Of a DNA stretch of 64,000 nt, positions 25,200 to 37,842 are shown one piece after another. A program made the position numbers and the translations under genes. The notes beneath the pieces were generated by a model. The model ran no database searches, had not been told where the DNA came from, and saw only the letters and a program-made list of their open reading frames with translations. Where the stretch lies: contig JAIVFI010000021.1 in assembly GCA_025558095.1 (NCBI GenBank), positions 434,001-498,000 of the forward strand, read 5' to 3'. How positions within the stretch are numbered: the first letter of the stretch is position 1; every line of letters begins with the position of its first letter. Source of the stretch: Hyaloraphidium curvatum SAG 235-1. Its lineage: Eukaryota > Fungi > Monoblepharomycota.

Positions 25200-26428
25200 G
25201 TCGAGGGGTTGCTAGGGGTTGCGCCAGTAGCGCATGAGGCAGCGCCAGCCCAGCAGCCGCATTAGTTCCCACCACTGCCTCTCGACAATGTGCCTCACTG
25301 GGCTGTATGTCTGCGACTTCAGCCTGTTGAGCTCGGCGAGGTTCGCGCACGCGAGGGGCGACTTGTCGTAGTAGGTCGCGGCGGCCTGGGTGTTGGCGCT
25401 GATGACGTCGAGGTAGTGTCGATGGGATTCTGCAGCTTCGGCGTCGGGTAGCCCATCGTGCTGAAGTAGGGCTCGGCGGCGGCGACGGGGCCGAAGTAGC
25501 ACGTGCGGCCCTCGGAGAGCAGCATGGTGTTGTCGAAGAGGTTGAAGACGGCCTCGGAAGGCTGGTGGATGACTGGACGTGCGATCCGTTAGGCGTGAGC
25601 TCGGGAAAAGGTGCACGACGGAGCAATTCGAACGCACCAATGACGACGCACACGTTCTCCGACTTGACGTACTTGAGCACGAGCTCCATGGTGCAGCGGG
25701 CGCCAAAGTCGTCCAGACCCCTGTGCAGAGGCGGCGAGGGTCGGCGGCGCGATGGGGCGGAGCGAGGCCTTGCGACTTACGAGGTGGGCTCGTCGAGGAA
25801 GAACATGTGCGGGCGGGCAATCATCTACGCGGCGACTTCGGTGCGCTTCTTCTCGCCCGACCAGAAGCCGCGAATGAGCTCGTCGCCGACGGGCGTGTTC
25901 TGGGCGTTGGTGAGCTCGAGCCCGGCGATGACCTCGTCGACGCGGGCGACGCGCTCCTCGTGGGTCGAGTTGCGGGGCATGCGGCACTCGGCGGCGAACA
26001 TCAGCGTCTCGCGCACGGTCATAGTGGGGATGTGCGCCATCATGGTGGTGCCGCCTCTTGAAGAAGACGTCGGGCTTGGTACCGTTGACGAGGACTTCGC
26101 CGGTGATCTCGCCGAGCGACTTCTGCGACAGGATGTGTGCCGGGGCACCTACGGTCAGCAGCGTGAAATGGCAGGGACGACAACAGACGCACCGAGGAGC
26201 GTGGTCTTCCCCGCGCCCGAAGGCCCGATAATGGCCAGCGATTCTCCGGGCCGGGCAAAGCCGGTGTTGTCGATGAGGGAGTGCACGACCTTGGCGCAGT
26301 TGACATTCTCCCACGTCACGGTGTCTGTGTCCCGAGCGTGCTGGTGAGCGAGGAGTCCGGTGGGCGCAACGGAAATCCGTACAGCCGGCGTGGTCGCTCG
26401 CGGCCGCGGCGCTGGGGTTCGCCTCCAT
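25200..26428 (-). pseudogene. ABCG (White-type) transporter pseudogene, NBD region
   Basis: Walker A AIIGPSGAGKTTLL, TVRETLMFAAECR, degenerate signature RGFWSGEKKR followed by an in-frame stop, FLDEPT, IHQPSEAVFNLFD; several frameshifts. Confidence 0.85.
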
Positions 26429-26572
26429 GTCTGAATGTGCGGCGCAAGTTCCGGGAGAGAACCACAGCGACGGCTATACCGCTACGAGGGGAAAACCCGG
26501 CGAGGATTTCTACAGCTTACTTGTCCCTAAGGACACATCGAGGCGCTGATGCTACCATACTTCCAAGAGTCA

Positions 26573-27819
26573 CACGGGCGGGAGCAAAATATAGCTGCGC
26601 TGCATCAATCTGAGGAAGGTGGGATTCGCCGCCGCCCCGCACCCGGGCGGGAGCAAAACGTAGCTGGACTGGATCAATATGAGGAAGGTGGGATTCGGGC
26701 CCACCGCCCCGCGCGATCGGGCACCATCACGGGGGGGAGCAAAATGTAGCTGCGCTGCATCAATCTGAGGAAGGTGGGATTCGGGCCCACCGCCCCGCGC
26801 GATCGGGCACCATCACGGGGGGGAGCAAAATGTAGCTGCGCTGCATCAATCTGAGGAAGGTGGGATTCGCCGCCGCCCCGCACCCGGGCGGGAGCAAAAC
26901 GTAGCTGGACTGGATCAATATGAGGAAGGTGGGATTCGGGCCCACCGCCCCGCGCGATCGGGCACCATCACGGGGGGGAGCAAAATGTAGCTGCGCTGCA
27001 TCAATCTGAGGAAGGTGGGATTCGCCGCCGCCCCGCACCCGGGCGGGAGCAAAACGTAGCTGGACTGGATCAATATGAGGAAGGTGGGATTCGGGCCCAC
27101 CGCCCCGCGCGATCGGGCACCATCACGGCCGGGAGCAAAATGTAGCCGCGCTGCATCAATCTGAGGAAGGTGGGATTCGGGCCCACCGCCCCGCGCGATC
27201 GGGCACCATCACGGGGGGGAGCAAAATGTAGCTGCGCTGCATCAATCTGAGGAAGGTGGGATTCGCCGCCGCCCCGCACCCGGGCGGGAGCAAAACGTAG
27301 CTGGACTGGATCAATCTGAGGAAGGTGGGATTCGGGCTCACCGCCCCGCACGATCGGCGAGGTGCTGGCCGGGGCACCCACCACGGGCCGGGAGCACGTA
27401 GCTGCTCCATCACGGCCGGGAGCAAAATGTAGCGTCGCTGCATCGATCTGAGGAAGGTGGGATTCGGGCCCACCGCCCCGCTGCGATCATTCGGGCCCAC
27501 CGCCCCGCTGCGATCGGCGAGTTGGAGCAAAATGTAGCTGCGCTGCATCAATCTGAGGAAGGTGGGATTCGGGCTCACCGCCCCGCACGATCGGCGAGGT
27601 GCTGGCCGGGGCACCCACCACGGGCCGGGAGCACGTAGCTGCTCCATCACGGCCGGGAGCAAAATGTGGCGTCGCTGCATCGATCTGAGGAAGGTGGGAT
27701 TCGGGCCCACCGCCCCGCTGCGATCGGCGAGGTGCTGGCCGGGGCACCCACCACGGGCCGGGAGCACGTAGCTGCTCCATCACGGGCGGGAGCAAAATGT
27801 AGATGCGCTGCATCGATTT
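26573..27819 (-). repeat. Tandem array 2 of tRNA-Leu 3'-end-derived units, immediately downstream of the tRNA
   Basis: 13 cores at 26612, 26681, 26767, 26853, 26922, 27008, 27077, 27163, 27249, 27318, 27450, 27555 and 27687 (spacings 69/86/105/132-134 bp), followed by the real tRNA 3' end at 27821. Confidence 0.95.
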
Positions 27820-27911
27820 TGAGGAAGGTGGGATTCGAACCCACGCCCCTTGCGGGACCAGCGTTTTCGAGAACCTGAAGCTGGCGGAATAGACCGCTAT
27901 CCGACTTCCCC
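27820..27911 (-). tRNA. tRNA-Leu(CAG) with ~10-nt intron
   Basis: GGGGAAG-TC-GGATAGCGGTCTATTCC-G-CCAGC-TTCAGG[TTCTCGAAAA]C-GCTGG-TCCCGCAAGGGGC-GTGGG-TTCGAAT-CCCAC-CTTCCTC-A. All stems pair, long variable arm, A73, T4 run ~22 nt downstream. Confidence 0.9.
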
Positions 27912-27925
27912 TAACATTTGTGAAG

Positions 27926-28663
27926 ATGGCGATCCAGAGCATTCCAGACGAAACACAAATTGTGGTCGGACCCAAGCGCGTTCCTCGACGCCCACCCGCC
28001 TCTGTACATCGCATGGCGCGCCCAGCGTCGCCCTTTCCTACGCGGCGCCAGGCGGTTTCGTCCCCGAGCCGCGGCAGCGCTCCTTCGCCGGCCGCTCCGG
28101 AGCAGGGGGAAGCGGACGACGCGCTTCCCGCGTTCCTCGACTACCGCGACGTCGTCGGGGGAGCGCCGAAGCGGCGGCGGGACGCTGCCGCCGACAGCGA
28201 TGCCTCGGATGACGTCCATTCGCGCGAGGCGGGCGGCCTGGCGCGCAGCCACTCGGATTCGCGCATCTTTGCCCGCTGGCGGCGAACAGGCGCCCGACGG
28301 GACGAGCGGAGCGTGTCTCTCGCGCAGGGTGTGGCCAGAAATCTCTTTCCCAGCGATGTCTCACCATCCGCCGCGTCTGGCGCGGACGCGGAGGCTTGGG
28401 AGACGGTCCGATCGAGCGCTCGCGGACAAAAGGATGCTCCCTGCGCAGCCGCCAAAACGGAGGACATGGACCAGCCGTGTGTCGAGGTGGAGTCGCAAGA
28501 ATCGTGGCAGCAGCCTGACGGGGGCGCGATGGATGCGTCTGCGGAGCGTATTGACGGTGCCGGACCAGTTAGGAGTGCGCCGACCGTGGTTCCGGGCGGG
28601 AGCCGGCTGTATGCCGACCCCGTGAGCGACGCGGAAGACGTTGAGATGGAGGACCATGGCTAG
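27926..28663 (+). CDS. Hypothetical low-complexity protein
   Basis: Open frame with a disordered composition and no recognisable domain. Confidence 0.35.
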   Translation: MAIQSIPDETQIVVGPKRVPRRPPASVHRMARPASPFPTRRQAVSSPSRGSAPSPAAPEQGEADDALPAFLDYRDVVGGAPKRRRDAAADSDASDDVHSREAGGLARSHSDSRIFARWRRTGARRDERSVSLAQGVARNLFPSDVSPSAASGADAEAWETVRSSARGQKDAPCAAAKTEDMDQPCVEVESQESWQQPDGGAMDASAERIDGAGPVRSAPTVVPGGSRLYADPVSDAEDVEMEDHG

Positions 28664-28780
28664 CGATCGGGTGACGCGCGTTCGGGTGACGCGCCGGCCG
28701 GCCAGGGACGCGGTCATCGACAGTAATAAAATAAATGGGAAGGTAAACGTGCGAGTTCCCGCCCCCCTCTCCCGCCCGCC

Positions 28781-31512
28781 ATGACGCCGCTGCGGCGCGC
28801 TGCGGCCGCGTGGCTCGCGCTGCAGCTCGCGGTCCTCGCGGCGAGCGCGGCGGCCGGCTGGCGGCGGGACGCGCGTCCCCCTGGCGACGCGGTGGTCGTC
28901 GGGTCCGACGGCGCGTGCGGCGCGGCGGTGCTGGCTGCGCGGCTGCGGGCGGCGGGGTTCGCGCCGCGGCTCGTCGTTGCGGGCGGCGTGCGCGGCGCGG
29001 CGCGGCCTGCGGGTGCTGCGCGGCTGCGCGTCGCCGCGGCGCCGACCGACGCGTCGCCCGCCGTGCGCGCCGCCGCCGCCGTGCTGCGCGCCGCCGCCGC
29101 GCGGCCCCCGCCGCTGCTCGCCGCCGCCGACGCCGCGCCCGCGTTCCTCGCACTCGCCGCGCGCCGCGCGGGCGCCCCCGCGCTCGCGCACTCGGCGGTC
29201 GCCGTCGCAGGCTGCGCAGACCGCGCCGCCGCCTGGTTCCGCGCCGCCGTCGAGGCGCCCGCGGACGGCCCCGCCGGCCCCGTGCCGCTGATCGGCGCAG
29301 CCGCCTACTTCCCCGCAGACCCGCGCGATCTGCACGCCGCCTTCATGCAGCGCCGCACCGCCGAGTGGGCCGACGCGTCCCTGGCGTCGACCCTACCGCT
29401 GATCGGGCCCGCCCTCGCCCTCGCGCCCGCGGGGTCGCGCTTCGGCGTGCTCGTGGTCCTGGCCGCCTCGCCGGCGGCGATGCTCGCCGAGCTGCCGTTT
29501 GTGCTGCCCGCCCTCGGCCCGCTGCTGACTGGCTCCCATTCGCACCTCACCCTCGACTTGGTGGCGCTCCGCCCGACCGACGAGCTCGGCGCGATCGGGC
29601 CGTCTCGGCTGGACGCTCGCTCCCTGTCCACAGCGATCCGGGCGCTGGTACCTCCCGGGTTCCGAAGGTGGAACATCACAACGGATGTGACCGTGGACCA
29701 GGCGCTGGAGCGCCTGGCATCCCCGGCTGCCGAAGGAACACGCCTCGCGGTGGTCCTGCCATGGCCTTCCGAGGACCAAGGTCGGTGCATCTTCGCTTCG
29801 ATTGCGGCACTGGGAGTTCCAGCAGTTGCCGTGCGAGGCGAGCGAGTGTACGCCTCCGCGGAGGACGTGCCCATTGCGGCGTGGCGCGACGGTGCCAGCC
29901 TCCTTCGGGCCGTGGAGGCACTGCTGGCGGGCGAGGCGGGCCGGCCCCATCGCGATCCCGTGCCTCAAGGCGATCTGGCAACGATCATGTCGATCTTGCC
30001 ACGAACAACCGAGCGGCCGCTGATATCCCGCGCAAAGCTGCCCCCCGTTTCCGTGGTTGTGACTGTCCACAATCGCTACGATTTCCTGGAGCAGGCCCTG
30101 CTTTCCCTCCACCGGCAAACGTATCGAGGATCGATCGAGACCATCGTGGTCGACGATGGATCGGAAGAGGCAGCCGCTGCCAATATCACCGCGATCGTAG
30201 CCAGGATACGCGAGTTGCCTGGAGCTGGTGTCGCGGGAAATCGGATGTGGAAGCTTCTTCGGCTCCCGCGGAATGTGTACCTCGGAGGCGCACGGAATCG
30301 GGGAAGGCGTCTGGTCACCGCGCCGTGGATCATGTTCATGGACGACGACAATGTCGGTACGTAATGGAGCTTGCCGTGTGACGTGCGGTCTGAAAGTTTC
30401 GTCCAGCCAAACCGCAGGAGGTGCAAGTCTTCGTCAATGCGCTGCTGTCGTCTCCGGACACGGCAATCTTCACCTGCCAGTCCGATTCCTTCTCGGGCGC
30501 GGACCCTCCCAAGGAACCCGTCGCCAATCCGGCGCTGATCGAGTACAATTTCTTGCCCTTTGGCGGCTCGGCCGCCGGCGGGGTGTTTGAAAACGTCTAC
30601 GGCGATGCCAACTTCATCGTGCGTGCGTCTGTTCTGGACGAGCTCGGCGGATTTAGCGAGGACCGCGCAAGCTTCGAGGACTGGGAGCTTTTGGTCCGGG
30701 CGCAGACGAGCGGTTTCGAAGTGGCGGTCATTCCGGAGGTGCTCTTTTGGAAGCGGACGCTGGGGGACTCGATGCTCCGAGTCAACGCGCGTGGTGCTGC
30801 CGCCGCCTTTGGGTCAGCTTGGAGGACGCTTCGGCCTTACGTCGGGATTCTGCCGGGGAGGATCGGGGGCCGTTTGCTCTCATCCCGGAAGGAAGCTCTG
30901 GCCACCACCGAGTTCGCGGACAGCATTCTCCTGGCCGGGGACTCGTGGGAGCAATGGAGCAAAGTGCAAGGCACGGGCGGGTGGCACGTGGGGTACCGAG
31001 AAAGGACCGCGGCCGCTTTGGGACCGTTTGTGCCCTTTGGCGCAGCTGAACGGACAGCCAGCGGGTGGGAGCTCTTCGGAGATCCTCCGCTGCCCCGATG
31101 GCTGCATGCCTCAAGGGGCAAGCAGCACGGTGCTGTCGGGGACGGCGGCAAGGGGTTCGTCGTGGTGCGGCGCTGGATAAGCTCCGTCGTCGGCAATGGC
31201 GAGGCCAGGTTGACTGCTACGAGACCCGATCACGTGGGATCGTGCGGCGATGGCTCGGAGTTATCGATCGCCGTTCTGGCTCCAGCTTCCGCTTCTACTC
31301 CACGCAGAGTAGCAGATGGTGGCGAGAAAGTCCTCGTCGCCGTCGCGGGCCGTCCGGGCACCGAGACAGCTAGGGAGACTCTGTTGCGACTGAACGTCAC
31401 CGTCAATGTCGGGACCATCGTGGAGTTCCGACAGGACCCTTTGCGCACCGCCGAGTGCGATGAACTGTGGGTCCGGGGGTCGATCGTCGTTTTGCGCGAA
31501 CCTGCACCGTGA
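28781..31512 (+). CDS. Glycosyltransferase family 2 protein with N- and C-terminal accessory domains; intron 30357-30406
   Basis: Signal peptide; VSVVVTVHNRYDFLEQALLSL...IVVDDGS...LGGARNRG...MFMDDDNV; GGFSEDRASFEDWELL. Confidence 0.85.
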
Positions 31513-31614
31513 GACAAGCAGAGCGAGTGGGATACGGGAAAGGCGGCGTTGCTCGCGATCGCGGCGTGGGCACGATGAGTCTGTACTCGTATCAAACATT
31601 CATGTCGGCTTCAA

Positions 31615-33769
<2,155 letters not shown>

Positions 33770-33813
33770 TCACGCGCCGCGCTGCCGGCCCGGCCGCAGG
33801 CGGCATTGGTACG

Positions 33814-34099
33814 ATGCGGCGCCCAATCGAATCGTTGGCTCGCGCGGCGGTCGATTGCTCTGTAACGGTAGATCCCGTGCTCTGTGCCGTGATGCGTCCC
33901 ATGACTCCGTGGCCTGAAGTCGATTGCGTACGGACGTTGCATCGGGGGGAAGGTTGATTCTTCGCAGGACGTGTCGCGCGATGCGTGCGCCAAGGAGTTC
34001 AAGGCGTTCCAGGAATGCTTCAAGAGATCAGTCAGTACATTGAAGGCTCCTACTCGTTTTCTGCTCAAAGCCGGGCAACAGATGCGGCGCGGCCGATGA
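33814..34099 (+). CDS. NDUFAF8-like twin CX9C protein (3 exons)
   Basis: Spliced MRRPIESLARAAVDCSVT/SIAYGRCIGG...DACAKEFKAFQECFKRS/MRRGR*. Confidence 0.7.
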
Positions 34100-34199
34100 A
34101 ACTCGGAAGCGGCGTTCGACACAGCATTGGCGGCAAGACTTCAGCCCAGAGTATTGCCCCGCCGCATGGGGCCGGCACACTCCATGAATCCGCGGGGCA

Positions 34200-36179
34200 T
34201 CAGAGCACTCCTTCATCGTCCGCGAGGCGTTGAATGACGATTCCAGGCTTGTACTGCGGCGAAATGTCAAACATGCTCTTGTCTATCGGATGAGTGCTGC
34301 TGAAATTGTGGAATGTGACGATTGCTTTCAGAACCGACAGGATTGGAAGCTCTGTTCCCTTTGGTCAGCGGAGTTTCGCTACGCCGAAGTGGAACCCACC
34401 AATCTTCACGGGAAAGCCCTCCGGCAACTTGGCACCCATTACCTCCCTCAGCTGAGTCATATGCGAATTACTGCCAAATCCCAGCAAGTCCAGCAGCGGC
34501 ATAATGGTGTCGAGATCCGGCATGGATCCGACCGCCCCAACGGCCTGCGCGTCATTCCCATCTGCAGTCATCCAAAGCTGTGCAGAGAAGTTGTATGAAG
34601 ACTCCTTGACCTTGCGCGGACGCCCTAGATGGACGTAATCCGTGTTCGCTGCCGTAAAATATTCGTTGTACGTGATGGAGGGAAATGGAGGTTGTGGCAG
34701 CGAAGGAACCTGGATCACGGATCTTCAGTCACGCAAAAGAGGGTGAACGAGGTGTTGTAACTCCCACAAACTGTTTGAGACTGTCGTACGACGATGCAAC
34801 GTCGTTCAGCATGCGCTCCACATCTTCCTCCGTCTCGGGCACTTCAACGTCGTCGAAACTTCCAGGAACAGCTCCAGGATCCTCCCCATCTGGTGAGGTG
34901 GAGATGACTGCACTGGTCTTCTCCTTCTCGACCGGCTTTTGCGGAGCTCCATCGGATCCCTTGGCGGTATCGAGGGCGGCCTTTCGCTCCTTCTCCTTCT
35001 TGTCCCACGCTTCGACCTCATCCAAGTGTTCCTTGCGGGTCTTGGAGATGACCTTGATCCCATCCACGTTCCATACTGCCGACTACCCTTTAGCTTATGT
35101 GGCGATAGAAGCGGAAACCGGCATACCGCGGGTCTGGAAAGCACCAACCGCTTCGTTTCGTTCCTCTTTCCGCCACCATCCGGTTGTCGCCCGGGAAAAC
35201 TTGATCTGATCAACTGGCACGTGTGGAACGGTGAAGATGGAAGTTCTCAAGCTGTACGAGACCGTCTGTGCCCGCGACTCCTCGGTATCTTCCCGTTGCC
35301 TCGGCGGGTAGACTGTCAACGTCAGCGTCAAGCGCGAGCTAAGCGCGCGGCTTCCTCCACCTTTCTGGTAGACCTTGTTCTCGTGATCCACCAAGTATGT
35401 CACCGGCCCTTGCTCATCGTCGACCTTGAAGATGATGCTAACATCGCCCCGGATCCAACGCAAGTTTTCGAGCCCAATAAGAGTCGTGTCGACCCGCACG
35501 GATGTGTCCCTTTTCCAGATCTTATACGTGTCACAGGGGCAAAGACGGGCAAGAAGGGGCACCCAGGAAGAAAAGCTCCACGTCATTTCGAGGTAGAAGT
35601 TTGGAACCGTCTAAAGGAGCGCGTCTGAACACGTCGCGCAACTGTCGCACGCAATAATAGAAGCCCACCTTATTGAGCTCTTCGACGATACGCTGGCCTT
35701 TGGCCTCGTACCATGTCGTCAGTTCCTCGTTCCGTTGTGCGAGGATAAGCTCGATCATCTGGCCCGTTTAGCTTAGCCACTGTGCTGCGCACGTGGCAAT
35801 GTGGAATATACCTCTCTGTTGCCGTAGCTCGTTGCTTCTGCGGGACATGGAGCGGCTTCTGTTGGCTTCCGGCGTCTCGCGGCGACCCCGTGTTTCGCCC
35901 ACCCTGCAAAGGCAGCCAGTTGTCCCCGTTCTTGCTCAGCGTCGATGCACCGGCATTTATGAGAAGTTTTGCAATCTCGGTGTATCCCAGCGAAAGTGCC
36001 ATCGTCAAAGGCGTGTGTCCGCGATGGTCGAGGGCGTCGATCCCAGGGTACGGGTGCTGCTTCGAGTAGGGCTCCAAATGCTGCGCCAGTCGCCCGTGCA
36101 TGTTCAGAAACACGAGTCGATGCAGGAAATCATCCTCCGTAGGGTCCAGCGTGTCGAGGTCCACGTCCACGGCCGCCAT
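34200..36179 (-). CDS. ANKRD13-family protein (ankyrin repeats + GPCR-chaperone domain)
   Basis: GHTPLTMALSLG; WSFSSWVPLLARLCPCDTYKIWKR...RVDTTLIG; LPEGFPVKI/ELPILSVLKAIVTF. Confidence 0.9.
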
Positions 36180-36300
36180 CGCTTTGTGAACTTGGAGATG
36201 AGGACTCCCCCTGATCGCCCGGCCACGCCTGTGCCGACGCCTCCCAGTTGAGCTAGCGACAAGCATCAGATTCCATTATCCTAAGCGTTACATTCATGCT

Positions 36301-37040
36301 TCAAATTGGTTTGATCTTGTGCCGTGACGACGAGGATCAGTTTACAGTGAACCTCGAAACGCCGCGATGGAGCTCACCTTGAAATGCAACGCTATCAAGG
36401 AAAACACCAAGCATTTCAGATCCTGCACGAGGTAATAGAATACTCGGAGGCCCTCGGGATCCTGGCTCTGCTGGATGTCAACCAGCGACCCAATTTTGGA
36501 AGTCTGGAGGGTGACCGTCAGAGAAACGCAAGGCGAGCAAACATGGGGCAGAAGGTACGGTGAACGAAATGTGTTCGTTGTCCATCACGATCTCCAGCTC
36601 CTGGCGCCCCACGCGGTCCGGCATGGGCCACGATTTGTCGTCTTCCCTGCACGCCAAGGTTGAACAAAGGCTCACTCGCCCCGAAACCAGCAGGAACATA
36701 CTTCATGATCTCACTCTCCTGAATGATCCGCTTCAGCTCTTCCATGACTGCTGGCCCAACGTGAACTGGAGGTGGGCAGGAAGAGAGTCTCGTTCACCAG
36801 CGTCCTCAAACGGTGGAGCACATCGATGGACGGACCCTCTTTCCTGATCATGGTGTCGTTTTTGTAGTTGGAGTTGTTCGCGTATCGGAGCTTCCCGTCC
36901 GGCCGGAACTCGAACTCGAGGAACTCGTGGCCGAAGCGGCCCATGTGTCCGACGCTGGCCGTAACACTGCCGTTGAGCGCGCGAACGGATACGATTCGTG
37001 CTTGAACACACTAGTATCTGACGTAGAACTCTTCCTGCAT
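36301..37040 (-). CDS. MAGO: Mago nashi (exon junction complex)
   Basis: MQEEFYVRY...[35 protein letters not shown]...[14 protein letters not shown]...KIKPI*. Confidence 0.97.
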
Positions 37041-37142
37041 CGTGGGAAAGGGTCGAACGAGTGGTTCGGTCGATAGCTATAGTGCGGCCCGGCGTCGCGC
37101 AGCCCCGCCCAGCAACCCGCCCACGCCGATTCGAATCCACCC

Positions 37143-37840
37143 ATGCTCACATTTTCCCGTGCCAAGCGCGATGCCAGAACGCTCCTGACTGCTGTAGCCG
37201 ATGTCGGCTATTCTGGACATCGATGCCTTCGCGGCGCGCATGTCGCGCACCGTCCGGACAGATTCGCATCGTCCGATCCCTGGGAAGTCCTCGGCGTACC
37301 GCCCAGTGCCACGCGTGAGCAAGTCAAAGCAGGTTCGTCGCCTGGATCGCAAGCATCTATCTCGCTGATGGGAGTCTTACAGCCTATTTCTCTTTGCTGA
37401 TGGAGCTTCATCCCGACCGCGCGGCCCTCAACGAACGAGACCCTGGCAAAGCCAAAGAACAGCTCTTCAAAGTCATGGCGGCGTACGAAATGCTGCGGAG
37501 ACACCACCGACAGACCTCCATGGACAAGCACCGGGCGATGAGGCGGGACGGGGTGCGGACCGGTTTTCCGAACCCTCCGGGGGGCACCAGGCGGTGGGGC
37601 CAGCGTCGGCATCCTTTCGAGAGGACGTACGAAGACGTTGCATTCGGGGGCCAACAGGGAGCGGCTACTTCTGTGCACCAACATGGTCGATGGGCCATCG
37701 AGACCAGAACGAGGAATCGCGCGCTTCTGGTCTGGTTCGGCTCCATCTGCTCGTATTTTGCCTGGGATTTTTCGGAGTTCAGGAAAGGATCGCAGCGAGG
37801 GACCCCGTTCCCGCAACTCCAGATCAGGAGCGTGCGATGA
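37143..37840 (+). CDS. J-domain (DnaJ) protein, probably mitochondrial
   Basis: DPWEVLGVPPSATREQVKA/AYFSLLMELHPD...AYEML; one intron. Confidence 0.8.
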
Positions 37841-37842
37841 TT

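Noticed and set aside
18648-27819. CRISPR array interpretation of the regularly spaced GAGGAAGGTGGGATTC cores
   Set aside because: The intervening sequences are themselves repeated or deletion variants rather than unique spacers; no cas genes; eukaryotic context; the core derives from the adjacent tRNA.
27820-27911. CUG-reassigning tRNA (Ser or Ala with CAG anticodon)
   Set aside because: A73, U33, G37 and no G3:U70 pair fit Leu identity; CTG codons align with Leu in conserved proteins.
28361-30381. Long antisense or alternative-frame Arg-rich ORFs over GC-rich genes (also 7558-8619, 17539-18635, 52337-53364)
   Set aside because: Stop-codon scarcity at high GC; shadows of real genes.
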